This document shows positions 16,347-25,532 of a stretch of 37,634 nt of DNA, one piece after another. The notes under the pieces are model-generated. The model made no database searches, was not told the DNA's origin, and saw only the letters and a program-made list of their open reading frames with translations. The position numbers were made by a program, and so were the translations under genes. Every line of letters starts with the position of its first letter. The first letter of the stretch is position 1. This stretch comes from a virus (Duplodnaviria > Caudoviricetes), in IMG/VR virus record IMGVR_UViG_3300027863_000091, positions 1 to 37,634 of that record. One strand, written 5' to 3'.

Positions 16347-16432
16347 CCGTCGAGGCCCGGCGCTCACCGGGCCGATCCCTCTCTGAATCACTGCGGGCGT
16401 GAGCGCGCCCGTCGAGGCCCTTCTGGGCCGAT
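16347..16432 (+). ncRNA. Structured cis-RNA with complementary hairpin loops upstream of the major capsid gene
   Basis: GGCCCGG-CGCTCA-CCGGGCC (16354-16373) and CGGGCG-TGAGCG-CGCCCG (16394-16411); repeated CCGTCGAGGCCC..GGGCCGAT unit. Confidence 0.55.
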
Positions 16433-16457
16433 GGCCATATAGCCCCATGAGGCGAAA

Positions 16458-17453
16458 GTGGCCAATCCCAACGCGGGAATCATGCTCACTCTGTTGGCCG
16501 AGGCCAACGAGGCAGCACGGTATCTCAAGTATCAGAATGCGTTTCTCCGTAGGATCTACTGGGACAACCAGCCCATCGTGGGCGTCCCGTACCAGACGTT
16601 GACGGTGGTGATCCCGCAGGTCAACGAGGGTGCAGTCGTCGATATCGGCACCGGGCCGATCCAGCCCGTGGATTACAGCTATTCCACGGTGAATGTCACG
16701 CTGTCCATGAATCTGAGCGTGACAAACGTATTCAAAGACTTTGATCAGGCTCGCACGCCTCGTCGCCTTAGGGACTTTTTTCAGAGCAACTTCGAGGCGC
16801 TCCTGCGGGCGATCAACCGTCGCGTCGTGGGCTATCTCACGCCCGCGAATTTCGGCAACTACTCGCTGTTCACGGGCGACGGCACCGCGAGCAACCAGAT
16901 CACGCGCGGTGATATCACCACGGCCTGGACCAACCTGGCCGCGGTCGGTGTGCCGCTCGACGACACGCGCAACGTGTCGCTGATGCTTACCACGCCGAGC
17001 TACGGGTATATGCTGCAAGACCAGACGTTCATGTATCAGTACATCACGGGCGAGCAGCAGGCCCAGGACATCCAGCAGCGTGCGATGCTTCGCACCCAGT
17101 ACGGAGCCGAGATCTACTACGACCAGATGATGCCCAATTTCAATGCGGGCCATCAGGGCGCGGCACTCTTGCACCGCTACGCGATCGCGGGTGTCACGGC
17201 TCGCAGTCCAGCCGGTGGGCCGAATGTCGAGGAGGGTGTGGTCTACCTCAACGGCGACGATGAGGAGACGCAGGAGGTCGGCGGTATGGACGGGTCGAAC
17301 AGCCTCACCGAGGGCCAGCCGACCGGCATCCCGGTCCGCATTCAGGCGAGTTACAGTCAGAATGATCAGGGCTGGGTCGTCTCCATGAACGCGCTGGTGG
17401 GCGTGGCCGTGGCTCGTCCTGAGATGTGCACCTTGTTCCAGTCCGCGTCGTAA
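16458..17453 (+). CDS. Major capsid protein (HK97 fold, P22 coat-like)
   Basis: 331 aa after the scaffold gene; TLTVVIP, LRTQYGAEIY, LHRYAIAGVTA and VGVAVARPE motifs. Confidence 0.8.
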   Translation: MANPNAGIMLTLLAEANEAARYLKYQNAFLRRIYWDNQPIVGVPYQTLTVVIPQVNEGAVVDIGTGPIQPVDYSYSTVNVTLSMNLSVTNVFKDFDQARTPRRLRDFFQSNFEALLRAINRRVVGYLTPANFGNYSLFTGDGTASNQITRGDITTAWTNLAAVGVPLDDTRNVSLMLTTPSYGYMLQDQTFMYQYITGEQQAQDIQQRAMLRTQYGAEIYYDQMMPNFNAGHQGAALLHRYAIAGVTARSPAGGPNVEEGVVYLNGDDEETQEVGGMDGSNSLTEGQPTGIPVRIQASYSQNDQGWVVSMNALVGVAVARPEMCTLFQSAS

Positions 17454-17497
17454 TACTCCGATCGGTTCACATCTTCATATAAACGAAAGGGCAAACG

Positions 17498-18070
17498 ATG
17501 GCAGGTGAACTGATCGCCCAGCTGTCGCCGGGCGATTTTTATCGCGAGACGACGGTCGGGTATGACGACACCACATTCAGCGTGGTCGTCGGCCAACAGA
17601 CCATGCCGGCCGCGGGTGGGACGCCAAATGGCGTAGTCCGCGGCGTGGGGCTCAACAAGGTGCTCCTGGCCACCCTGGCCCAGGAATACTATCAGGCGTC
17701 GTTCATCATCCCGGCCAATCTCACGATGGGCACCGGGATTACAATCGTCCTGCACCTCACGGACGATGGCAAGAACGCAGCCGATCTCGGGACCGCTGTT
17801 GAACTCGGTATCACGGCATTCAATGTCGATGGGACGGGTTTCAATGTCAATCTGGGCGCGAACAACGGCACCGAAGAGACGACTGCTATCACACTGTCGA
17901 GCACCTCGGGCAATGTGGTGTCGGGCACGATCGCGATCCCGATCGCGCAGCTCGCTTCGGCGGCCGTCGGCAATCGGGTGCTGATCCGGCTTCGTCGCGT
18001 GGGGACGAGCACCTCGGATACGTGCCCTGGCAGGCCGGTGTTGATCGGCGCATACGTGCACAATACCTGA
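17498..18070 (+). CDS. Putative capsid decoration or structural protein
   Basis: Beta-rich 190-aa protein directly after the capsid gene; AAAGGG RBS. Confidence 0.55.
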   Translation: MAGELIAQLSPGDFYRETTVGYDDTTFSVVVGQQTMPAAGGTPNGVVRGVGLNKVLLATLAQEYYQASFIIPANLTMGTGITIVLHLTDDGKNAADLGTAVELGITAFNVDGTGFNVNLGANNGTEETTAITLSSTSGNVVSGTIAIPIAQLASAAVGNRVLIRLRRVGTSTSDTCPGRPVLIGAYVHNT

Positions 18071-18122
18071 TCTTCCCCGCAGCAGGCATGGGGCATGGAC
18101 GCCCGCTTCTCTCTGCATATCT

Positions 18123-19874
18123 ATGAGCAGCCCTCTCTACACCCCCGTCGACGACGTCCTGGGGCTCCAGCTCGCCGCAGCCTACACGGCCGGGGCGGGC
18201 ACCATGACACTCCAGAGCGGCCAGGGTGCGCGCATCACGAGCGTCCCCACGCTGATCACCTGCGTCGTGGCCGCGGACTACCAGACGGGTACCGGCGAGA
18301 TCGGAAACAAGGCGAGTTACGTCGTCTCGGCGGTCGCAGGGGACGTGCTGACGGTGTCAGTCGCGACCGGGTCGACCGACCGCGATTTCGCGATCGGTGA
18401 CTACGTCGACTGCCGCCCTCAGGCCCTGTATATCACGGGCCTCAACGAGGCCGTCACCGCGCTCAACACCGGGCAGGCCGGCATGTTCTGGTCCGTCCCG
18501 GTCACCGCCGACCGCGACGCGATCCCGCTGACCTCGCGCACCGAGGGGATGCAGGTTTTCACCCAGGACACACAGCTCTACTGGTCGCTCCTACCCCCTC
18601 CCTGGACGGGCACGGGCACCGATTGGATCGAGTCGGCCCCTCTGGTGGTTGAGGATGGTGGGACCAGCGTTGGCACCAGCGGAACCCTCAATTTTATCGA
18701 GGGGACCGGCATCGTCCTTACCGTTGCGTATAACACGACTGACAACCGGATCGATGTCACGGTGGGGCTCGCCACTCCGATCTCGGTCTCGGAGCTGTCC
18801 GCGGACTCAGTCACGATCACCCCCGGAGCCGGTTTGACCGGCGGCGGCGCGGTCGCACTGGGCGGCTCGACGTCGCTCGCGCTGGTGACGCCGGTCTCGG
18901 CGCCCGACGGTGGCACCGGCCTGGCGACGGTCCCGACCGATGGACAGCTTCTGATTGGCAATGGCACCGGGTATACCCTCGCAACGCTCACCGGGGGCAC
19001 CGGGATCGCGATCACCAACTCAGCCGGCGGGATTGCGATCGCGACCACGGGCGGCGGCAGTGGGCCGGTTGTGTCCCTGATCACATCATCGACGACCTGG
19101 ACCAAGCCCACGGGGTGTGCTGTCCACTATATTGCCGCGATCGGCCCCGGCGGCGGCGGCTCGGCGGGCTCCGTTCAGGCGAGCGGGACGGCCGTGCAGG
19201 GAGGGGGAGGCGGGAGCGGTGGCGGCTACACCTGGGGCTGGTTTCCCGACGCCGATGTGCCCAGCTCGGTCACGGTGACTATCGGTGCGCCAGGCGCGGG
19301 GGGGGTGGGCTCAACCACAGTCGGGACCGGAGCGTCGGGAGGCAATGGCGGGGCAGTCACTTTTGGCTCACTGGTCCAGGTCGGTCCCGGATTGGGAGCG
19401 GGCGGCCCAGGAGGCCGGCTCGGCGGTTGGGGCTTGAGTTTGGGCAATACAGGGGCTACAGCCATCGCGGCAGGAAACCAAAACGGCTCTCCCGGTCAGT
19501 ACGCCTCGACCACCACGTTCCCCGGCTGCGCCAGTGGTGCGGCCGGCGGCGGCGTGACTGCGGCCGTTGCCGCCACGGCAGGCGGCGTCGGCGGCCTGGG
19601 ATGGGGTCCGGTGTACGCGCTGGGTGGCACGGCCGGCGCGGCCGGCGGTACGGCCGGCGGCAACGGCTCCAACGGCTACACGGCTGCGGACCAGCTCGGC
19701 CTCGGAGCGGGTGGTGGCGGCGGCGGCGGCTCCACGACCACCAACGGCGGCAACGGCGGCGCTGGAGGCAGTTACGGCGGCGGCGGCGGCGGTGGCGGCG
19801 GCTGTCTCTCGGGCTACACCGCGGGCTCCGGTGGCGCCGGTGGTCCCGGCGCGATCCTGGTGATTTCCTTCTAA
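18123..19874 (+). CDS. Fibre protein with a glycine-rich C-terminal domain
   Basis: GQLLIGNGTGYTLATLTGG fibre repeat; SSTTWTKPTG...GPGGGG...GAILVISF Gly-rich domain. Confidence 0.75.
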   Translation: MSSPLYTPVDDVLGLQLAAAYTAGAGTMTLQSGQGARITSVPTLITCVVAADYQTGTGEIGNKASYVVSAVAGDVLTVSVATGSTDRDFAIGDYVDCRPQALYITGLNEAVTALNTGQAGMFWSVPVTADRDAIPLTSRTEGMQVFTQDTQLYWSLLPPPWTGTGTDWIESAPLVVEDGGTSVGTSGTLNFIEGTGIVLTVAYNTTDNRIDVTVGLATPISVSELSADSVTITPGAGLTGGGAVALGGSTSLALVTPVSAPDGGTGLATVPTDGQLLIGNGTGYTLATLTGGTGIAITNSAGGIAIATTGGGSGPVVSLITSSTTWTKPTGCAVHYIAAIGPGGGGSAGSVQASGTAVQGGGGGSGGGYTWGWFPDADVPSSVTVTIGAPGAGGVGSTTVGTGASGGNGGAVTFGSLVQVGPGLGAGGPGGRLGGWGLSLGNTGATAIAAGNQNGSPGQYASTTTFPGCASGAAGGGVTAAVAATAGGVGGLGWGPVYALGGTAGAAGGTAGGNGSNGYTAADQLGLGAGGGGGGGSTTTNGGNGGAGGSYGGGGGGGGGCLSGYTAGSGGAGGPGAILVISF

Positions 19875-19890
19875 TTATCGGCGGATCGAT

Positions 19891-20337
19891 ATGAGTAAGT
19901 ACATCGCATTACTCGACGCGTCGACTCCCGCCAAATGCCTGGGCGTTGCGCTCTGGGACGGCATGTCAGAGTGGTCGCCCGTGGGCGAGCGGATCGCGGG
20001 TGAGGTGGTCGCCGCGACCGAGGATGTGACGGCTGTGACGCCGCGTCCGTCGGCCGGCTGGACCTACGCCGCGGGCGCCTGGACCGCTCCCGGCGAGGCC
20101 GCTCGGCCCGATCCGGCTGGCTTTGTCACCGCGGTGGCGGCCGACGGGTCGCTCGCGCCTGCGACCCGACTGGCGGCGGTCAACGGCCTCGCCAGCCTCG
20201 TCGCGGCGGTCCAAGCCGGAGATACACCGCTAATCACCGCTGCGTGGCAGCTGGCCGTCGCCGTACACGGGATCTCCTCGGCCGATCAGACCACCGTGGC
20301 CAAGCACGCCAGCGACCACGCGATTCCGGGGATCTGA
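19891..20337 (+). CDS. Putative fibre assembly or accessory protein
   Basis: WDG..W.P and PSAGWTYAAGAWTAP motifs, typical of genes following fibre genes. Confidence 0.5.
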   Translation: MSKYIALLDASTPAKCLGVALWDGMSEWSPVGERIAGEVVAATEDVTAVTPRPSAGWTYAAGAWTAPGEAARPDPAGFVTAVAADGSLAPATRLAAVNGLASLVAAVQAGDTPLITAAWQLAVAVHGISSADQTTVAKHASDHAIPGI

Positions 20338-20339
20338 CT

Positions 20340-20528
20340 GTGTCACCCTCCCAGTCCTGGAACGGCGCGGCGTGGAATCAGCTCGCGTGGAACGCGACGA
20401 TGGTGATCGTCGTATCCATCGCATCTCCATGCTTTGTGGACGCGGACGCAGGAACGCTGATCGTCACCGCGAACGACCCGACCCTCGATGAGATTGACCC
20501 TGAAGCGGGGACGGTGATCATCATATGA
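20340..20528 (+). CDS. Small hypothetical structural protein
   Basis: WNGAAWNQLAWN motif; ATGA coupling to the next gene. Confidence 0.45.
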   Translation: MSPSQSWNGAAWNQLAWNATMVIVVSIASPCFVDADAGTLIVTANDPTLDEIDPEAGTVIII

Positions 20529-21655
20529 CCCAGATCGAAATCATCGCCGGATCCAAGGAAGACTGGCCGCTGCAGTGCTGGAATCGCGGAAGCGTCAGCT
20601 CACCGACCGACTGGGCGTCCACCGACACGCTCTCAGCCTACGTGTACCAGGGCCAGAGCGAGACGCAGGTCTTCGCGCCGACGGTCGCGTGGTACACGGC
20701 CGGTGGCACGCAGACGGGCTACGGCCAGGCTCAGGTGCTCCTGACGATCGGCTCGAGCGACTCAGGCGCACTTGAGCCGAACGGCACGTACACGGTCATC
20801 ATCTGGAGGACTCCGACCGGGTCGACGCAGCCATCAGCCGTCTGGCGTGGGACGCTCAAGGTGCTCCCCGCAGCAGGCACGTCGACCCAGCTCGTCACAC
20901 CGTACTGTCAGCTCTCCGATATGCTGCTGTACGCGCCGTGGCTGCGCGACATCGGCGATGTCGACACGATGCAGGAGGGCTTCTACACGCAACGCCTCCA
21001 GGCCCGGCAGTGGCTCGACTGGCTTGTGGTCAAGCAGTGGCGTGGGGGAGCGTGGGGTGTCTTCGGAGATGCCTCTTTACCGGCCTCTCAGTGGTCAGGA
21101 TGGGGCATGTGGCGCACGCCATTGCCAAGTCCCTACTTGATGAATATACTCGCAGGTGGATTCGTCCCACAAATTGGCGGTGTGACGATCACGGCACCCG
21201 GGAGCGGGTACACGACCGTCCCGACCGTCACCGCACCGGCGCCGACGGGCACGCAGTGGGGTAACGAAACAGCCACCTTTTTGGCTGCTCTCAACGGCAC
21301 CGGCGGCGTGGGTGCGATCACCGTGGGGATCGCGGGCATGGGCTACCCACCCGGCTCGACACTCACGCTGTCCATCTCGGGAGGTGGTGGGTCGGGTGCC
21401 ACAGCCACGGCTAACGTGTCGGCCGGCGCGCTAATGATCCGCCCGCAAATCACGCGCCTCACGGCGTACAAGGCCATCGCCTTTGTAGCGGCGGCTCAGA
21501 TCGCATCCAACAACAAATTGTCATCTTTTGCAAATTACTTCCTGGACCTGGTTTCGGCGGAATTCCAGCAGACGGTGGCGGAACTGGACATCAACGGCGA
21601 CGGCCTGGCGGACATGGCGATCCCGCTGGGCCGATCCAACACCATTTATACGTGA
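20525..21655 (+). CDS. Putative head-tail adaptor fused to beta-rich domains
   Basis: Beta-sandwich-like N-terminus; PYCQLSDML adaptor-like motif; inserted ITAPGSGYTTVPTVT/GGGGSGATATA repeats. Confidence 0.5.
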   Translation: MTQIEIIAGSKEDWPLQCWNRGSVSSPTDWASTDTLSAYVYQGQSETQVFAPTVAWYTAGGTQTGYGQAQVLLTIGSSDSGALEPNGTYTVIIWRTPTGSTQPSAVWRGTLKVLPAAGTSTQLVTPYCQLSDMLLYAPWLRDIGDVDTMQEGFYTQRLQARQWLDWLVVKQWRGGAWGVFGDASLPASQWSGWGMWRTPLPSPYLMNILAGGFVPQIGGVTITAPGSGYTTVPTVTAPAPTGTQWGNETATFLAALNGTGGVGAITVGIAGMGYPPGSTLTLSISGGGGSGATATANVSAGALMIRPQITRLTAYKAIAFVAAAQIASNNKLSSFANYFLDLVSAEFQQTVAELDINGDGLADMAIPLGRSNTIYT

Positions 21656-21663
21656 GAGGTTTC

Positions 21664-21912
21664 ATGGGACTGTTTCGGAAGTCGAAGACAGTGGTTGCGG
21701 TGCATAGGTACGACGGACCCGGCGCAAAGACGGGGGATCAGTGTGCATCGTTCAACATCTACGAATACGAGGACGGCTCCTGCAAGACGATCGAGTTCGA
21801 CCGCTCCGGCAAGCGCCTCGCGGAGTACGCCGGTGAGCCTCAGTTCGCCGATGGGCGTACGCCCGAGGCGCTCACCGAGGGGCAGCCCCCACGGAGCAAG
21901 CCGAGGAGCTGA
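21664..21912 (+). CDS. Hypothetical protein, 82 aa
   Basis: GAGG RBS; TGATG coupling to the next gene. Confidence 0.55.
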   Translation: MGLFRKSKTVVAVHRYDGPGAKTGDQCASFNIYEYEDGSCKTIEFDRSGKRLAEYAGEPQFADGRTPEALTEGQPPRSKPRS

Positions 21913-23255
21913 TGGGCGCTCGCGTCACACTGATCGATGACGGGTACGCCATCCGAGGGGGTGAGCCGCCGGGGCTCCGCAATCAGCCCGAGGGGGTGCG
22001 GCTGATGTACTGGGGATGGATCGTCGAAGAGGGCCTGCGCCAGAAAGATCGCGACCTGGCCCGGGGCCTCGACAAAGACGGCAAGAAGCTCCGGCGCATC
22101 AAGCGAGCCACGAAGAAGTATCGCCGCTCAGCCATGACTCCGCGCAAGGGCCTGGCGCTGACCGGCCCACCCCTGATGCCGGCCCGCGAGCTGTCGCGCA
22201 CCCGGGCGCTTCTGACCGGCCGCGCGGCGGTGGACAGCGCGCAATTCTGGTGGAAATTCGACCCGTTCACCGGTGAGTCGTGGGCTGTCATCTTAGGCTA
22301 TCAGAAGGAGGAAGGGCGCGATGTGTTCGGGCTCTCGACACCGGCACTTAAGCGGACCGTGACGACGGCCTGGGCGAAGTACCAGCGGTGGGAGGAGGGT
22401 AAGACCGTTACGCTGCCGCGACCGATCACGATCCCACAAGCGGCTCGCATCGAAGTCGTCGGTTCTGTGGATATGGCTCATGCGACGGTCGGAATCGGCA
22501 TGCCGACCCAGATGGGCCAGTGGTCCGGTGGCATGCGGGCCGAGGACTGGATCAAGCGCATGCAGCAGCCGGCCAGGGTCAATATCCCCGGCCGTCCCGC
22601 AGGGACCTACAATCGGATCCTGGGGCATATCTGGGGCAACCATGGAACGCCGACGAAGGTCACGAAGCCCGCGCCGAAGCCCGCACCAAAGCCCGCACCA
22701 AAGCCCGCGCCGAAGCCGACGCCTCCCCCTGTCCCCGCGCCGCCCCTCTCGAGGTCGCAGGTGCATCTTGAGCGGCTGAAAACGTACGCTCGCTCCCAGG
22801 GCTGTGAGCTCGAGATGGCCAGCGAGCAGCTCCTCGACGAGCTGAAGTACACCGCGGAGAAGCGCGCCGACGTGCCGTTGTTCTACATGACCAGAGATAA
22901 GCGGATCTATATGAATCCACACGCATTGCTCTGGCAGTGGAAGGACCCGGCGGCGAAAATCCGGGAAGCGGCCGACGAGCGGTGGTGGGTCGCGCGCACG
23001 ATGGAGGCCCTGGTCGATCACGAGATCGGCCACGCGCGACATCACGAGTCGGTCGGTATGTTCATTTACGACCCGTCATTGCGCGAGGCGTTCGACGCCG
23101 ACACCGCGGCCAAGATCGCGGAGTTGGTCAGCGTCTACGCCTCGACCAACCGGGGCGAGTTCGTCGCCGAGGTGTACACTGGATTAAAGAATGGCCGGGT
23201 GTTCCCGCAGTCGATCCTGGACTACTTCCGCGACTTGGGAGGAGTGGCCCCGTGA
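21912..23255 (+). CDS. Virion-morphogenesis-like domain, PAPK linker and zincin metallopeptidase domain
   Basis: N-terminus shares GLDKDG, GPPLxP...SR and RDxxG motifs with 23440-24066; (KPAP)4 linker; HEIGH...YASTNRGEFVAE. Confidence 0.7.
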   Translation: MGARVTLIDDGYAIRGGEPPGLRNQPEGVRLMYWGWIVEEGLRQKDRDLARGLDKDGKKLRRIKRATKKYRRSAMTPRKGLALTGPPLMPARELSRTRALLTGRAAVDSAQFWWKFDPFTGESWAVILGYQKEEGRDVFGLSTPALKRTVTTAWAKYQRWEEGKTVTLPRPITIPQAARIEVVGSVDMAHATVGIGMPTQMGQWSGGMRAEDWIKRMQQPARVNIPGRPAGTYNRILGHIWGNHGTPTKVTKPAPKPAPKPAPKPAPKPTPPPVPAPPLSRSQVHLERLKTYARSQGCELEMASEQLLDELKYTAEKRADVPLFYMTRDKRIYMNPHALLWQWKDPAAKIREAADERWWVARTMEALVDHEIGHARHHESVGMFIYDPSLREAFDADTAAKIAELVSVYASTNRGEFVAEVYTGLKNGRVFPQSILDYFRDLGGVAP

Positions 23256-23443
23256 CGGTCCTGCCGCAGTGCCTTCGGTGCAAGCACTTCCAGCCGCCCC
23301 CGCGCACCGGTCCCGCGCCCTACGCTTGTGCCGCGTTCCCGGCCGGCATCCCGCGTGAGATCCTGCTCGCCGAGCATGACCACCGCAGGCCCTTCCCCGG
23401 CGACCATGGCATCCGGTTCGAGCCCAGAGACGACCCGAAGTGA
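23252..23443 (+). CDS. Small Cys-rich protein, putative immunity partner of the metallopeptidase
   Basis: CLRCKHF...CAAFPAGIP..I....HDHRRPFPGDHGIRFE; GTGA-coupled with GGAGG RBS. Confidence 0.65.
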   Translation: MTVLPQCLRCKHFQPPPRTGPAPYACAAFPAGIPREILLAEHDHRRPFPGDHGIRFEPRDDPK

Positions 23444-24066
23444 GCACTCAGACTGTCGACACCTCGGCCATTGACGACACCATGGCCGGGCTGCGCGCGC
23501 TGGGTGACCCGGACGCGACCGACCTGATGGTGAGCTGGATCACCATCATCGACGACGACAACCGCCGCGGCGTCCTGGCCGGCCTCGACAAGGACGGCAC
23601 CCCGATGGTACCGGTGACCTATCGACCGCGCCGTGGGCCCCTCAAGCCGACCAAGGGGCAGCGCGGCGGTATGCGGGCCAACGTCCGCAAGGGCGGCTTC
23701 CAGGGCCTCGGTGCGGCGCGTTATGGCAACCTCACGTCGGCAGAGTACCGGCTCCTGGGAGGGCCGCCACTCGCCCCACGCGGACAATTCTCTCGAGTGA
23801 TCACCAATCTCAAGACCGGCTACGGTCGCACCGGGCCGCTCGATATCCAATGGTTCGCTGCCGGGTACTGGGACGAGGTGGTGGATCGTAAGGGTAAGCC
23901 GTTTTTACTGTATCACTTCGACGGCGCGACGGGCGGCGGCAAGCGGCACAACGTCACGCTGCCGAGGCGCGATCTCCGCGGCGTGCGACCTGGCGGCATG
24001 ACCAAGGCCATGAAGGCCCTCGATCTCTGGGTGCGACTCTTACTCAGACAGGTATTCGGCCAATGA
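23440..24066 (+). CDS. Virion morphogenesis / tail completion protein
   Basis: Position before the tail terminator; DKDGTP and LPRRDLRG motifs. Confidence 0.6.
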   Translation: MSTQTVDTSAIDDTMAGLRALGDPDATDLMVSWITIIDDDNRRGVLAGLDKDGTPMVPVTYRPRRGPLKPTKGQRGGMRANVRKGGFQGLGAARYGNLTSAEYRLLGGPPLAPRGQFSRVITNLKTGYGRTGPLDIQWFAAGYWDEVVDRKGKPFLLYHFDGATGGGKRHNVTLPRRDLRGVRPGGMTKAMKALDLWVRLLLRQVFGQ

Positions 24067-24572
24067 GAACGCTCTCCAAACGGGCCGGTAAGACGCTGGA
24101 CCTTCCCACATTTCAGCATACGTCCATCTTTCGGGCGGTGAGCCAGGTGCTGCGCACCGACCCCCTGTTTTCTCGCGCGTGCGAGATGTTTCTGGACTGG
24201 TCTGGGACCACTCAGGATGAAGTCGATCCCCAGTATGCCTATTGCCCGTTCTGTCGGATCAGCCCCGGCCCGATGTCGTCGGCCATGGTCACGGAACGGC
24301 AGCACACAGCGCCGTTGTCGGTCGCAGTTGAACTCGCCGTGCAGGGGACGGATTCGGATAATCTGATGAATTTCTGGGGCATCATGGTCGCGGCTCTCTG
24401 GCCGCAGAACGACCCCGTTCGCCGCGATCAGGTGATGACCATCCTGCAGGTAGCGGGCGTCACGCGGCCGGTGATCTCGCTGCAGGGATTCGGCTACGCC
24501 GTAGACAATCAGACCAATTTCATGCTGGTCAGCCAGGGCAGCATTACGTTCAATTCGCTACTTAACACATAA
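24063..24572 (+). CDS. Putative tail terminator
   Basis: 169 aa immediately before the tail tube gene (positional call). Confidence 0.5.
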   Translation: MRTLSKRAGKTLDLPTFQHTSIFRAVSQVLRTDPLFSRACEMFLDWSGTTQDEVDPQYAYCPFCRISPGPMSSAMVTERQHTAPLSVAVELAVQGTDSDNLMNFWGIMVAALWPQNDPVRRDQVMTILQVAGVTRPVISLQGFGYAVDNQTNFMLVSQGSITFNSLLNT

Positions 24573-24602
24573 CACTTTGAGCATTCGGGAAGGGGGTGAT
24601 CC

Positions 24603-25529
24603 GTGGGCTGGGCTGGGCAAACGTGGATCGAGATCGTGCAGGAGGGGACGGCCGGAGCGAATTACGGCGTGTTCAACACCGCGCCGGTGGCCGGGCAGAC
24701 GCTGTATCCGACCATTTACGGCGGCAACGCCTTCACCGTGCGCAGGGTACCTCAACGGCAGGTGATTCGCACCGCGGACGCGGGCAACCGCCGCAAGATG
24801 GTTGTGGCCAATCGCACGGTGTATCAGGGAACGTTCAGCACGCTGCTGCACCCCGATCAAGCGTCCTACTGGCTCACCGCGGCCTCGACCCTGAGCGCCG
24901 ACGCGGGTGGCCACCTCTGGCTTCCCTCGTACAGCTTCAACTACTGGGACTCGGTCCAGGCATGGCAGCTCCTCGGTGGAATGCTGCAAAAGCTGACGAT
25001 CACGTCGAACGCTCAGCAGGATTACGTGTCGATGTCTCAGTCCTGGATCTTCCAGACGCGGAACACGACATTCACGAGCTTCCCCGAGCCCGCCGAGACC
25101 AATTACTCGACGCTGGTGCCGTATCAACACGTGGAGACTGCGAGCAACTGCACGTTGGGTGGGACCGCCTTCACGAAGTACAAGAGCGTCACGATTAATC
25201 TCACAAACCTGCTCACCGGGACATGGGACGAACTGCCCTACATTTCAGCCCTGTACTACGGCGGTCGCGACTTCGATTTCGCCTTCGGGCCTCAGTACCT
25301 CGCGACGGCATACCGCGGTGATTTCGAGGCTCAGACGGCCCTCACGTTCGCGCTCAAGTGGGCCCGTGCGACCCCGGCCCACAGCCTCTCTCTCGATCTC
25401 AACACCAACTCTTATATCAGCAACATCCAGGACGAGCTGCCGCTCGAAGGGCCCGGGTATCAGGACGTGGACGTGCAGTGCTTCTACGACGCGACGAACA
25501 CGGCCGACTTCTCCTTCACGGCAAGCTGA
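24603..25529 (+). CDS. Major tail tube protein
   Basis: QEGT....YG N-terminus; beta-rich 308 aa; directly precedes the tape measure gene. Confidence 0.65.
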   Translation: MGWAGQTWIEIVQEGTAGANYGVFNTAPVAGQTLYPTIYGGNAFTVRRVPQRQVIRTADAGNRRKMVVANRTVYQGTFSTLLHPDQASYWLTAASTLSADAGGHLWLPSYSFNYWDSVQAWQLLGGMLQKLTITSNAQQDYVSMSQSWIFQTRNTTFTSFPEPAETNYSTLVPYQHVETASNCTLGGTAFTKYKSVTINLTNLLTGTWDELPYISALYYGGRDFDFAFGPQYLATAYRGDFEAQTALTFALKWARATPAHSLSLDLNTNSYISNIQDELPLEGPGYQDVDVQCFYDATNTADFSFTAS

Positions 25530-25532
25530 CCG

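Noticed and set aside
22665-22717. 12-nt tandem repeats (also 4376-4411 and 10841-10882) as regulatory or mobile repeats
   Set aside because: They are in-frame repeats encoding KPAP, ADAA and PT protein linkers.
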